A stretch of DNA of 64,000 bases, from the NCBI GenBank assembly GCA_029856145.1, contig JAHQWK010000022.1, positions 1 to 64,000 of the forward strand, given 5' to 3'. The DNA comes from Promethearchaeia archaeon (GTDB taxonomy: Archaea > Asgardarchaeota > Lokiarchaeia > Sigyniarchaeales > SOKP01). Both the position numbers and the translations under genes were made by a program. Below are positions 50,647 to 60,526 of this stretch, one piece after another (the stretch's first letter is position 1; each line of letters starts with the position of its first letter). A model generated the notes under the pieces. It was not told the DNA's origin and did not search any database. It saw only the letters and a program-made list of their open reading frames with translations.

Positions 50647-51930
50647 ATGAGAATACTATATATTGATTTACTTAATTCTGGGATTTCAGGTGATATGTTT
50701 CTTGCAGGTCTTTTAGGGTTAGTTCCAGAACCTAATGTAATTTTACATGAATTACAAGATTTGAAAAATTGGCTTCCCAATGTTACAAAATTAGATATTG
50801 AATTAATTTATACGGAACGTAGTGGAATTCAATTGAATCAATTAAAAATTGATATAAAAGAAACAAAAGATCACAGAACAGCGAAAACTTTACAGAAGTC
50901 TTTGAATAATTTTCTTTTGAATTCTAAAATATCTGATTCAGCAAAGAATTATGCTAATAACGTTTTAAAGTCCTTGATTCAAGCTGAAGCAGATGTTCAT
51001 GGTGAATTAATTGAGAAGATTCATTTACATGAACTGAGTTCAGTTGATACATTTATAGATATTATAGGTATAGCGACTGCTCTTGATAGGATTAATGGTT
51101 TTAACAAAGGATTAAGAATTTCTTGTGGTAAAATACCTTTAGGTGCGGGTAAAGTTAAAACAAAACATGGGATCTTAGCCATTCCAGCCCCAGCTACTTT
51201 AAAGATTTTAGAAAAATCAAACCTAATAACATTTGGAGGACCAATAGAATCTGAACTAGTTACTCCAACAGGAGCAGCATTGTTAGCAAACTTAGAACCC
51301 CAAGTTCTTCAATATCCCGCAGAGATGAAAATTATAAAATCAGTATATAGCACGGGACAAAAGAAATTTGATAATTTCTCTAATGTGTTACGATTAATTT
51401 ATGGTGAAGATAGAGGATTAAGTTTATCTAATTCAAGCCACCCCTTACAAAAGTATGTTGAACAAGTTTCTGTATTAGAAACTGATGTTGATGATGTATC
51501 TGGTGAAATTCTTGGAAATTTTATCACTACATTTGAAAAAGAAGACATACTCGATATTCAAATATTCCCAAGTATAACGAAAAAAAATAGACCTGGCCAT
51601 ATTATAAAAGTTCTTTGTTATCCTGAGCAAATTTTTAAGTTAATTGAAAAAATTGTACATGAATTAGGAACATTGGGAGTAAGATTTAACATAATTAACA
51701 GAGTTTGTATTAGTAGGAAAATTGAAAGGAGAAGTATTGAAATAAATGAAAAAACTTATGAAATAGATTATAAAATTTCATTTATTCAATCGGATAAAGG
51801 ATTAGAAATCGTTAACATTAAGCCAGAATATAAGGATCTTAAAAAAATAAGTGAAGATACTGGTTCAACTATAAAAAAGGTTCAGTTGATAGTTAATGCA
51901 GAGATAAAACAAATCTATAATAACTTATAG
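50647..51930 (+). CDS. larC: Nickel pincer cofactor biosynthesis protein LarC
   Basis: SGISGDMFLAGL, AEADVHG, HLHE, HG.L.IPAPAT, ELVTPTGAA, LETDVDD, KKNRP, TLGVR, KPEY.D. Confidence 0.95.
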   Translation: MRILYIDLLNSGISGDMFLAGLLGLVPEPNVILHELQDLKNWLPNVTKLDIELIYTERSGIQLNQLKIDIKETKDHRTAKTLQKSLNNFLLNSKISDSAKNYANNVLKSLIQAEADVHGELIEKIHLHELSSVDTFIDIIGIATALDRINGFNKGLRISCGKIPLGAGKVKTKHGILAIPAPATLKILEKSNLITFGGPIESELVTPTGAALLANLEPQVLQYPAEMKIIKSVYSTGQKKFDNFSNVLRLIYGEDRGLSLSNSSHPLQKYVEQVSVLETDVDDVSGEILGNFITTFEKEDILDIQIFPSITKKNRPGHIIKVLCYPEQIFKLIEKIVHELGTLGVRFNIINRVCISRKIERRSIEINEKTYEIDYKISFIQSDKGLEIVNIKPEYKDLKKISEDTGSTIKKVQLIVNAEIKQIYNNL

Positions 51931-52008
51931 AAACATCTGATAAAATTTTAGTAGAAATAAAAATAAGAAAAAAAAATAGTTAGAAAATGAGTTCCCTAAT
52001 TGTACTAT

Positions 52009-52551
52009 TTAATATTTATCAACATTAAACTTATGTAATATATACTCGTCTTCAACCATTTCTTTTGAAAATTCTTTTAATCTCTTAATTTCTCTCTCAA
52101 TTTCTTTGATTTTTATTAATTTACCCAAATCCTGAAAAACTTCTGAGGCTTCTTGGAATGCTTCAACACTTTTATCAAAATTCCCGGATACCTCAAGATC
52201 TTCAGCAAAAAATACTAAACCTTCAGCTGTTTCTAATTTTTTACCGAGTTTCTTCTGAATTTTTAATGATTGATAGTGATATTTCATACTTTCAGTGTAT
52301 TGTTTAAAAAGAGAGTAAGTTCTTCCTAATGCTCTTAAAACTAGTGCTTCTTCTTCAGGTAAATTATTTTCTCTGCAATGATTTAGAATAGTTTCTAAAA
52401 ATTGAATATATTCTGGTTTATTTTTTATTTGTGAACGATCAATGCGTTCCATTGCTTTTTCATAGTTTTCTAAAGTTTTAATGATGTCACCATCTTCAAA
52501 AAACTTTTTAGATTTTTCAAAAAGTTCAACATGATCGATAGATGCGACCAT
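52009..52551 (-). CDS. Tetratricopeptide-repeat protein
   Basis: EALVLRALGRTY...YHYQSLKIQKKLG TPR-type helices. Confidence 0.8.
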   Translation of the reverse strand: MVASIDHVELFEKSKKFFEDGDIIKTLENYEKAMERIDRSQIKNKPEYIQFLETILNHCRENNLPEEEALVLRALGRTYSLFKQYTESMKYHYQSLKIQKKLGKKLETAEGLVFFAEDLEVSGNFDKSVEAFQEASEVFQDLGKLIKIKEIEREIKRLKEFSKEMVEDEYILHKFNVDKY

Positions 52552-52831
52552 CGGGGTCTCAACTAATTCTTCTTAGAATGTTTTTTTAGATATTGATATA
52601 ATTAATTCAAAAATAAGTTCAATGTTTATTATATTAATATACCTATTTATACTTATCTATCTTAAATTTGAGAATTTTCAAGATATCGAAAAGGCGAATT
52701 TCTCGTTATTGAAAAGGGATAAAATTTTGAATAATTGAGTCCTTCACTTTAAGTAAAAAAATTCATTAAACGTTTAGATATTTAATTAATAATGTGTTTA
52801 ATGAAAAGAAAAAAAATTAGAGTTAAAAATC

Positions 52832-53506
52832 CTAAAAATTGATTATTCCTGCGATACCTAGAGGCAAAAAGATACATAAAAGCCCAATACCTATAGCATA
52901 GATTATCCCAACTACTTTCAATTTTGACTTTCTCTCTGGTAAATCATGCACATAAAATGCTATTACAAAGAAATGAAAGTATCCTATTAAAAAAATTAGG
53001 ATTGGATTATACCAATGCCACCATGGATACACCCATATTAAATAATTTCCCACATTCAAGAAAATTTCCACAATTAGGCAGAATAGAGTAAAACCGATTG
53101 CCATAGCCCATCGATTAGGAAGTCCAAGTATTTTTTTTTTTTTATCCTCTGGTAAAAACTTTGCAAAAACAATTCCAGCGATAGAAAACATAAAAGCAAT
53201 TTCAATATTCCATCCAATTAATATAATATAAGCACTTGCTCCAGGCGTAGTCCAAAAAGCAGAGTAATTGGAAAAAGCGAAAACGAGTCCATTCCATATT
53301 TCATTAATTAAATCCAAGCCTAATACTGTTAACCCCGCATATACTGTATTCCAATTTCCCGTTTCTCTCGCATTTTTAATTTCTACACTATAAATATATA
53401 ATACTATAGCGAGTAGTGGAATAACATACCATCCTAATTCCGAATTTAATAGACGAAGATTGGCTAGAGCTTCTAATGAAGCTGGTGTTGGTGTCATAAA
53501 TTTCAC
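52832..53506 (-). CDS. Multi-pass membrane protein of unknown function
   Basis: About 7 TM helices; DLINEIWN and GWNIEIAFMF motifs. Confidence 0.75.
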   Translation of the reverse strand: MKFMTPTPASLEALANLRLLNSELGWYVIPLLAIVLYIYSVEIKNARETGNWNTVYAGLTVLGLDLINEIWNGLVFAFSNYSAFWTTPGASAYIILIGWNIEIAFMFSIAGIVFAKFLPEDKKKKILGLPNRWAMAIGFTLFCLIVEIFLNVGNYLIWVYPWWHWYNPILIFLIGYFHFFVIAFYVHDLPERKSKLKVVGIIYAIGIGLLCIFLPLGIAGIINF

Positions 53507-53667
53507 TTTTAATTAATATTTATATTTTTTATGATTAATTAAAAGAAATTTAAACCCGAATATTTATATATTTTTTCTAGTTGAATTTAAACTAAAATGA
53601 GAAGACTCACATTGTATGATATTATCAATCTTAAGGATTTTATAGCATTTTTAAATGCAAAGAAACA

Positions 53668-54447
53668 TTATTCAGCAATTTTATTAGCAATTATAGCGGC
53701 GGAAGCTCCTGCTCCAAATCCATTATCAATATTCACAACTAATAATCCGGGTGAACAGGATTGTAGCATAGTGATTAGTGCTCCTTTCCCTTTTTCACCT
53801 ATACCATACCCACTCGAAATTGGAACGCCTATTACTAGAACATCAACAAGCGCCGCAACCACACCCGGGAGTGTTCCTTCCATACCCGCGCAAACAATGA
53901 TCACATGTACCCCATTTTTTATCATATTACTTAATGGTGTAAAAATTCGATGGATACCCGCAATCCCTACATCATAACTCGAGATAACTTTGCAACCCAT
54001 AATTTTTACAATTACCTCTGCCTCAACTGCAGTTGGTATATCAGAACTCCCTGCTGTAATAATTCCAACAATTCCTCCTTTGTTCACAAAACTATAAGAA
54101 AATTCTTTAATAACAATGATTTTTCCTAATTCATTTATGTCAATTATGTAATCTTTATTATTGCCAAAGGTTTCCAGGATTAGGGTTTTTTGTTTCTCAC
54201 TATAACGAGAAATTATTGCAAATTTTTTAGTTTTCAGAAATTGGGAAACTATATTTGTTATCATTTGAGGAGTTTTATTTTGAGCATAAATTACTTCGGG
54301 CGTACCAGTTCTAGTCTTACGAAAAACGTCTAATTTTGCTAAATCGCCTACCTCTTCAATCAAATTTGCCTTTAACAATTTCTCAGCATCTTCTAAGGAA
54401 ATTTCCTTTTCAAGTAATTTTAAAAGAATATTTTTAATTTCACTCAT
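53668..54447 (-). CDS. larB: Nickel pincer cofactor biosynthesis protein LarB
   Basis: D..R..RTG.PEVIY, TAGSSDIP, DVGIAGIHR, AGMEGTLP, GVPISSGYG, SCSPGL.VVNIDNGFGA. Confidence 0.95.
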   Translation of the reverse strand: MSEIKNILLKLLEKEISLEDAEKLLKANLIEEVGDLAKLDVFRKTRTGTPEVIYAQNKTPQMITNIVSQFLKTKKFAIISRYSEKQKTLILETFGNNKDYIIDINELGKIIVIKEFSYSFVNKGGIVGIITAGSSDIPTAVEAEVIVKIMGCKVISSYDVGIAGIHRIFTPLSNMIKNGVHVIIVCAGMEGTLPGVVAALVDVLVIGVPISSGYGIGEKGKGALITMLQSCSPGLLVVNIDNGFGAGASAAIIANKIAE

Positions 54448-54592
54448 TTAGCATATCCTTTGCTAAATTATGATTCTATTAAAATCATTAAATAAACATA
54501 AATTTTGTAGTTTACTAATTTTAGAAAAAAGATAATAATTACTCAAAATAATTATAAATTACTATTCAATCAATTTTAAATCCTAAGTTAAA

Positions 54593-55828
54593 GTGAAGAA
54601 ACATATGAAAATTGACTATACATCTTTCAAGGATGTAAAATTAACTGGTAAAAAAATCTTAATGCGTGTTGATATCAACTCCAGCATAGATTTAGAGAAA
54701 ATGGAGATCAGAGATTCTCCTCGAATTCGTGCTCTTGTCCCAGCCTTAAATGAATATTTTAAGAAGAGTGCTGTCATTATATTAGCCCATCAATCGCGTC
54801 CAGGAAAAGATGATTTCACAGATTTAGATATACACGCCAGAGAAATAGAAAAACATCTTGGCCGACCAGTAAAATTTGTTAAAGATATATTTGGAGAACA
54901 AGCCATTCAAGCAATTAAAGATCTCAAACCTGGAGATGTGTTGGTCCTCAATAATGTTCGAAAATTTGAAGGAGAAATGAAAAATTATAAAGATTTCTCT
55001 GAGGCAGAAAACACTGAAATGGTCAAAACTTTATTTCCTTTAGTTGATTATGTAATTGTTGATGCTTTTGGAGCGGCTCATCGCGCTCACGCATCAATCG
55101 TAGGATGGCCTAAAATGATGGCGGGACCTATAACCGATAAAGAATTAGATGCTTTGAAAAAAATAATGCAAGAACCTGAAAAACCTATGGCTATGCTAAT
55201 TGGAGGGGCTAAAGCAATAGATAAATTTAAAGCAATGAAATATAATTTTGATAATGAAAAATTAGATTATGCTCTTTGTTCAGGACTAACCGCAATCTTA
55301 ATATTTGAGGCTTTAGGTAAAAATATGGGAGAACCAAACCATAAAATAATAGCTGAAGATTTAGAAGCAAATAAAGATATGATAATAGAGACATATGAGA
55401 AATATAGTGATAAAATTATTCTCCCCCAAGATTTAATCATAGATGATAATGGTAATAGAAAAACCATTGAAATCGATGAAGCTGGTACTTATAACACAAC
55501 AACAGGAGATATTGGCCAGAAAACTGTGGATAAATTTAATGAAATTCTGATGAAATGCAAAACTATTATTGCAAATGGTCCACCGGGTATATTTGAAAAG
55601 GACGTTTTTAGAAAAGCCACAAATGAAATCGTAGACACTATGGTAGCCGCTACAAAGAAAAACAAGGCACTTACGATAATTGGTGGCGGTGAAATGGGTG
55701 CTGCTGCTTCAATGGCAGGAAAAGCAGATGATGTTTCCTTCATATCAACCGCAGGCGGAGCAATGTTAGAAATTCTTTCTGGAAAAGATTTACCAATGAT
55801 TAGAGCTTTGCGTGAAAAAAAAGCATAA
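54593..55828 (+). CDS. pgk: Phosphoglycerate kinase
   Basis: MRVDINS, AHQSRPG, DAFGAAHRAHAS, GGAK, NGPPG.FE, GGG, STAGGA. The true start may be the ATG at 54605. Confidence 0.96.
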   Translation: MKKHMKIDYTSFKDVKLTGKKILMRVDINSSIDLEKMEIRDSPRIRALVPALNEYFKKSAVIILAHQSRPGKDDFTDLDIHAREIEKHLGRPVKFVKDIFGEQAIQAIKDLKPGDVLVLNNVRKFEGEMKNYKDFSEAENTEMVKTLFPLVDYVIVDAFGAAHRAHASIVGWPKMMAGPITDKELDALKKIMQEPEKPMAMLIGGAKAIDKFKAMKYNFDNEKLDYALCSGLTAILIFEALGKNMGEPNHKIIAEDLEANKDMIIETYEKYSDKIILPQDLIIDDNGNRKTIEIDEAGTYNTTTGDIGQKTVDKFNEILMKCKTIIANGPPGIFEKDVFRKATNEIVDTMVAATKKNKALTIIGGGEMGAAASMAGKADDVSFISTAGGAMLEILSGKDLPMIRALREKKA

Positions 55829-55963
55829 AAAGTTATTATTTTTATTTTTTTATTTCATTTTCGAAAATAAGCGATTGCATTAGAAATTAGCAATTTTTAA
55901 TAAAATATTTATTTTTTATTAACATAAATTACATATTACTGGTTTCAGTAGATATTTAAAAAA

Positions 55964-56065
55964 GGGCCAGTGATCTAGTGGTATATACCACAATTGAGTA
56001 TTGTGGTAGTCTAAGATGCCCGCTTGACGTGCGGGAAATCGGGAGTTCAATTCTCCCCTGGCCCA
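55964..56065 (+). tRNA. tRNA-Val(GAC) with 30-nt intron in the D arm (about position 22/23; intron ~55985-56014)
   Basis: Acceptor GGGCCAG/CTGGCCC, anticodon arm CCCGC-TTGACGT-GCGGG, T arm GGGAG-TTCAATT-CTCCC. The insert forms the hairpin TACCACAAT/ATTGTGGTA. Confidence 0.92.
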
Positions 56066-56088
56066 TAGAAAAATAGAAGGAAAAAATT

Positions 56089-56568
56089 ATGCCAATAAGA
56101 ATTAGATGGACGTCAAAGGAATATTTTGGTTCCCTACTACTTTTATTAGGAATGAGTGGAATATCCCAATTATATTTTATTTATATAGGTCAATATTTCC
56201 TAGCTTTGGGAAATCATATTATAGCAATCTTAATCCCAATTGGAATTTGGGTGGCATTATTCTATGCTACTCTTATTATTTTTGAAAGTTATGCCCAAGT
56301 TGAGAGAAGAGAGAAATTAAGAAGTAGATTTCGTAAAGCAATAAGTAAGAGTTCAAAATTAAAGAAATTTTTAGATTTTCCAATTACAAAACCTTTACTG
56401 ATAGTTTTTATCCTTTTTAATATCTTCTTCTTCAGTACATTCTTTATCTCTGTATTATTCCTAAATAATTCTATGGCATTTCTAACAGCAGAAATTCTAA
56501 GTGCGATATTTTGCCTACTTGTTGCGAATTTAATAGAGAGAAATTATGGTCGAGTTAGGAGAATTTAA
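56089..56568 (+). CDS. Four-TM membrane protein
   Basis: Hydrophobic segments around a basic loop; starts 23 nt after tRNA-Val. Confidence 0.7.
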   Translation: MPIRIRWTSKEYFGSLLLLLGMSGISQLYFIYIGQYFLALGNHIIAILIPIGIWVALFYATLIIFESYAQVERREKLRSRFRKAISKSSKLKKFLDFPITKPLLIVFILFNIFFFSTFFISVLFLNNSMAFLTAEILSAIFCLLVANLIERNYGRVRRI

Positions 56569-56712
56569 GATTATACTCTAACTTAAACTTGGCTTAATTA
56601 TAAAACAAATTTATTAAGTGATAATACAACATTTATTATAGAAATATAAGATTGTGATAAAACAAATATAACTATTGGTCAAATATATATTCAATAATAT
56701 TTATATTCTAAT

Positions 56713-57567
56713 TTGAATATGGCGAGAATTGAAATTCGGTGTCCTATCTGCTCGAAATGGGATCATATAGAGATTTCAGATGATGCTACAAAAAATGTTT
56801 CAAAAGGACTCCTAGCAATCAATATAGCTGCTGGCATGATATGTGAGCATTCATTTATCGCATATGTAGACAAAAACTTAATTGTAAGAGATTGCTTAGT
56901 AGCAGATTTTAAGATTGAGCTTCCTGAAGGTGAAACTAGTGAGAGAACTGAAGATTTAATCATTCCCGAAACAGATATTATTAAGTTTGATTTAATTAAG
57001 CTAAATATCCCTGACACGTTAATGACATATGTATTTAGAGCAATTTTTCTTGGAAAGAAATCATTAATTCTTTCGGATCAAGAGTTCCTTTATAATTATA
57101 TAATTAATTTCTTTCAGTATATTACACAGAATTCGTTTGAATTTGATTTAAAAATAATTTCTGAAATGGATTATAAAAAAAATAAAAATGAATTTGAAGA
57201 TTATCTCATCTTTAAAAATCGGGAAGTTATTAGAGATAAAAATAAAGTAATTAATCCAAAAGGCTTAGAGATCGAGCGTTCTATCGTTCAAAAGTTCGTC
57301 GCGGAGTATGATTTAATGGCGGGGCTAATTATACTAAGAAACGAGATAAATAAAGCATATGAGTTTTCTAATTCTATTCTTAAATTTATTGAAAATTATA
57401 AAGGAAAACCTTTAACATCAAAAATAATAATTAATCATCTCTCAGAAAAGCATAACGAAAAAATAGTAATGCCTTATTTAACTTTTTTAATTGATATTGT
57501 TAGTCATTATTTTAAAGCTGATATCCCTAAGATCGGAGGAGTTTCTGATCTCTTAGGATTATTATGA
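56713..57567 (+). CDS. Hypothetical protein with N-terminal Zn-binding motif (CPIC...CEH)
   Basis: CPICSK...CEHSFIAYVDKN; central FRAIFLGKKSLILSD; helical C-terminus. Confidence 0.75.
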   Translation: MNMARIEIRCPICSKWDHIEISDDATKNVSKGLLAINIAAGMICEHSFIAYVDKNLIVRDCLVADFKIELPEGETSERTEDLIIPETDIIKFDLIKLNIPDTLMTYVFRAIFLGKKSLILSDQEFLYNYIINFFQYITQNSFEFDLKIISEMDYKKNKNEFEDYLIFKNREVIRDKNKVINPKGLEIERSIVQKFVAEYDLMAGLIILRNEINKAYEFSNSILKFIENYKGKPLTSKIIINHLSEKHNEKIVMPYLTFLIDIVSHYFKADIPKIGGVSDLLGLL

Positions 57568-57686
57568 TAAAGCCGCAAAAAAAATAGAATCCTTGATCCA
57601 TCCCCTAGAGTTTTTATATTGATTTTTCGTTTTTAATTAGATTTGGACAGTAATGTTAATAAGTTACAATTGAATTATAACTATTT

Positions 57687-58241
57687 ATGAATGAAAAAAC
57701 AAATAGAAACTACTTACTATTAGAACTTATTTATATTCCTGTGTTTTTTCTTATGGTGTTTTTCATTTTAGCCACTTCATTTATTCTTTTATTATCTTTA
57801 TCAGACTTTTCTATATTAATCCTCTTTTTCCCTATGTCAAGTGTGGTATCTTTAACCATTTATTACTTCAAGTCAAAAAACCCTGTTGAAAGCCTCAATC
57901 GCCTAATTTTAATCGATGCTATTATCTTTGTTCTTTATCTGACGTTGTTCATGGTATTAATATTGGTAATGATTGATCCACTAAGGTACTTTTTGTTTAA
58001 CTTTGTAGTGCTGTCAACATTATATCGTTTTTATCATTTTCTTTTAATCCCTTTAATTAGTGTTATTTCAGTAACATATTATTACCTAAAAATAAATAAT
58101 CCTGTCAGAGGTAAAATTTTATATATAATATTAATAACCAAAACCTCAATAATCATAATATTTTTCGTAGGGTATTTTCTATTGAATTGGTCAGTTCCAT
58201 TTTTTCAAGATGTTTATAACGGTCTTCCAGATTTTGATTGA
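57687..58241 (+). CDS. Hydrophobic membrane protein
   Basis: About 5 TM helices; internal repeat YYFKSKNPV / YYYLKINNPV. Confidence 0.6.
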   Translation: MNEKTNRNYLLLELIYIPVFFLMVFFILATSFILLLSLSDFSILILFFPMSSVVSLTIYYFKSKNPVESLNRLILIDAIIFVLYLTLFMVLILVMIDPLRYFLFNFVVLSTLYRFYHFLLIPLISVISVTYYYLKINNPVRGKILYIILITKTSIIIIFFVGYFLLNWSVPFFQDVYNGLPDFD

Positions 58242-58515
58242 AAAATTTATTTTCTAAAACTTATAGACTAAAATTTTTGAGAGCTTCTTCTTATACTACC
58301 CTCTCTTCATTTAGAGAGTTATTATTTAATTCTGTTACTTGATAACTAAAAAAAAGTTAATATTTTCGTGAAACAGACCTTTCACGTTGTTTTATATATA
58401 CCAAGAGAATCCCTCAATATTACCCAAGAAATATCACTTTAGAAATTTTATAACTCAATTTGAAATTTTCTCAGTATAAAAAAACTTTAATAATAATATT
58501 ATTGAAACTTAATTT

Positions 58516-59349
58516 ATGGAATTTAAACAACTTATATTTGAAGAGAAAGAAAAAGTAGCGTGGATTACTCTTAATCGGCCTGAAGTATTAAATGCGTTAA
58601 GTATGCAGCTTTCAGACGAGATAGTATATGCTATTGAAAAAATCCGCAAATCAACAAAATTAAAATTTCTTGTAATAAAAGGTGCAGGTGATAATTTCTG
58701 TGTGGGAGATGATATCACCGAAATGTTACAATGGGGTAACGCTAATGATATAACTCGCCGCGTTCGCTATTATCAAAATATGGCAAATCAATTAGAAGAA
58801 TTAGATAAAATTACGATCTCTGCTGTTGATGGTTATGCTGTTGGAGGTGGACTGGAAATTACGATGGCATGTGATTTTGTTATTGCTACTGAGAGAGCTA
58901 AATGGGGTATGCCTGAAGTTGATGTTGGCATCACTCCTGGTTGGGGAGGGACTACACGCCTAGCACGACTGATAGGTAGACGCAGAGCTAAGGAAATAAA
59001 TTTAATAGGTGCATTACATTCAGCAAAAAGAGCTGTTGAATGGAATTTATGGAATCGTGTTGTTTCTAATGATCAGCTTGATTCAGAAGTTGAAAAATTA
59101 CTAGAAGTCTTAAGTTCGAAGAATCAGCAAGGTATGCGTCAATTAAAATTTATAATTAATCGTGGAGTTGAGTGTGATTTATATACTGCACAAGGATTTG
59201 AAGTATTGTCTGGTGCATTAACTGGGGCTGTTAGTGGAATGTGGCAAGTTAAAGATGCAGACAAGGGAGCAGGTGTGATGGGATTTTCTAAAAAGAATGA
59301 ACTTTGGAATAAACGACGAAGTTTAGCGAAAGATTTTTGGGCAGATTAG
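58516..59349 (+). CDS. Enoyl-CoA hydratase/isomerase family protein
   Basis: ITLNRPEVLNALS, FCVGDD, AVDGYAVGGGLE, MPE..GITPGWGG. Confidence 0.95.
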   Translation: MEFKQLIFEEKEKVAWITLNRPEVLNALSMQLSDEIVYAIEKIRKSTKLKFLVIKGAGDNFCVGDDITEMLQWGNANDITRRVRYYQNMANQLEELDKITISAVDGYAVGGGLEITMACDFVIATERAKWGMPEVDVGITPGWGGTTRLARLIGRRRAKEINLIGALHSAKRAVEWNLWNRVVSNDQLDSEVEKLLEVLSSKNQQGMRQLKFIINRGVECDLYTAQGFEVLSGALTGAVSGMWQVKDADKGAGVMGFSKKNELWNKRRSLAKDFWAD

Positions 59350-59450
59350 TTCAAAATTGCTACATTGATTTCTAGTGATATGGGTTGCAAAGTATATAAA
59401 AGAATTGGATTCAACGCATATTGCGATTTCGATATGTACGAATGGTCGTC
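59350..59450 (+). pseudogene. Remnant resembling the C-terminus of a GNAT acetyltransferase
   Basis: Translates to FKIATLISSDMGCKVYKRIGFNAYCDFDMYEW (GNAT motif B 'L.AS.MG..VY.RIGF'). No start codon or N-terminal part. Confidence 0.5.
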
Positions 59451-59473
59451 AAATAAAAAAAAATTTAATGTAT

Positions 59474-60490
59474 TTATAGGTGAAACTCAGTTCCAACTAT
59501 GCCAAATGTATGAGATGGATGCCTTGACATAATTTTATTAAACTCAAATCCAGTGCAATGCATTCCACATGTTATTTCTGGATTCAATCCTTCTATAATT
59601 CGAACTGATTCTTCTATGTCTTCAGTTTTTTCCCATTCCTTATGAAATCCACCGATTATAGCATAAATTTTGTTAATCCCCGTTAATTTTTGCCCATGTT
59701 TTATGGTATTTACAATTCCTGTATGTCCACATCCCGTAATTACCACAAGTCCTTTATCTTTTACATTAATATAGATTGAGATTTCGTCTCTAAATGTATT
59801 TTTTTCAAATTCTTTTCTACTTTTCATTAAGTAGAACCCTTTCGTAAGTTCTCTTTCATCAAATATTTCGATTTCTCCACTTGTAGTAATTCCTGATGTT
59901 AGTTTTATTGGTTTATTTGTCTCTATAATTTTAAGATTATTTTGATTAACTAAGTTTTCGATTATAGTTTTGTTCATTGAAGGCAATTTGATACTATAAA
60001 TAAATTTGTTTTCTTTCTGTAAATCACGGAACTTTTCTGTTAAAACTTCAGGTGAATAAAATGCATGACCTGATTTTGGAACCAAAATCATGTTTTGGTT
60101 AAAGGAATTTGGTGTCAATATTAATTCACAGCTTTCTTTTAATTTAGGAAGGACATTCATTAAACCACCATAATGATCGACATGCCCGTGACTTAATATT
60201 AATTTGTCATAATCCTTGAAATCTATGCTCATAGCTTCTGCGTTCATAATTATTGAATTCTTTGGCCCTCCTGCATCTAAAAGATATTTTTTTATTTCTT
60301 CTCCTTGTTTTATTTCTATACTTATAGCAAGACCATGCTCGGCTATATATTTACTTCCGTTTGTATGGGGTTGTATAATTTTTCCTTCAAATTTTTCATC
60401 GGTCAATAAAGTTGAAATAGATGTATTTGTTGTCAAAATTTTAATCGTTAAATTACCACTTTCAATACCATCTGATATATCTATATTCAT
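59474..60490 (-). CDS. MBL-fold metallo-hydrolase
   Basis: AEHGL, LLDAG, LSHGHVDHYGG, DE, TGCGHTG, GGFH, MHCTG. Confidence 0.9.
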   Translation of the reverse strand: MNIDISDGIESGNLTIKILTTNTSISTLLTDEKFEGKIIQPHTNGSKYIAEHGLAISIEIKQGEEIKKYLLDAGGPKNSIIMNAEAMSIDFKDYDKLILSHGHVDHYGGLMNVLPKLKESCELILTPNSFNQNMILVPKSGHAFYSPEVLTEKFRDLQKENKFIYSIKLPSMNKTIIENLVNQNNLKIIETNKPIKLTSGITTSGEIEIFDERELTKGFYLMKSRKEFEKNTFRDEISIYINVKDKGLVVITGCGHTGIVNTIKHGQKLTGINKIYAIIGGFHKEWEKTEDIEESVRIIEGLNPEITCGMHCTGFEFNKIMSRHPSHTFGIVGTEFHL

Positions 60491-60526
60491 ATTGGACGCC
60501 TTATTTTTAAATTAATAGTTTAAAAA

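Noticed and set aside
53597-53977. 126-aa plus-strand ORF
   Set aside because: Antisense to larB.
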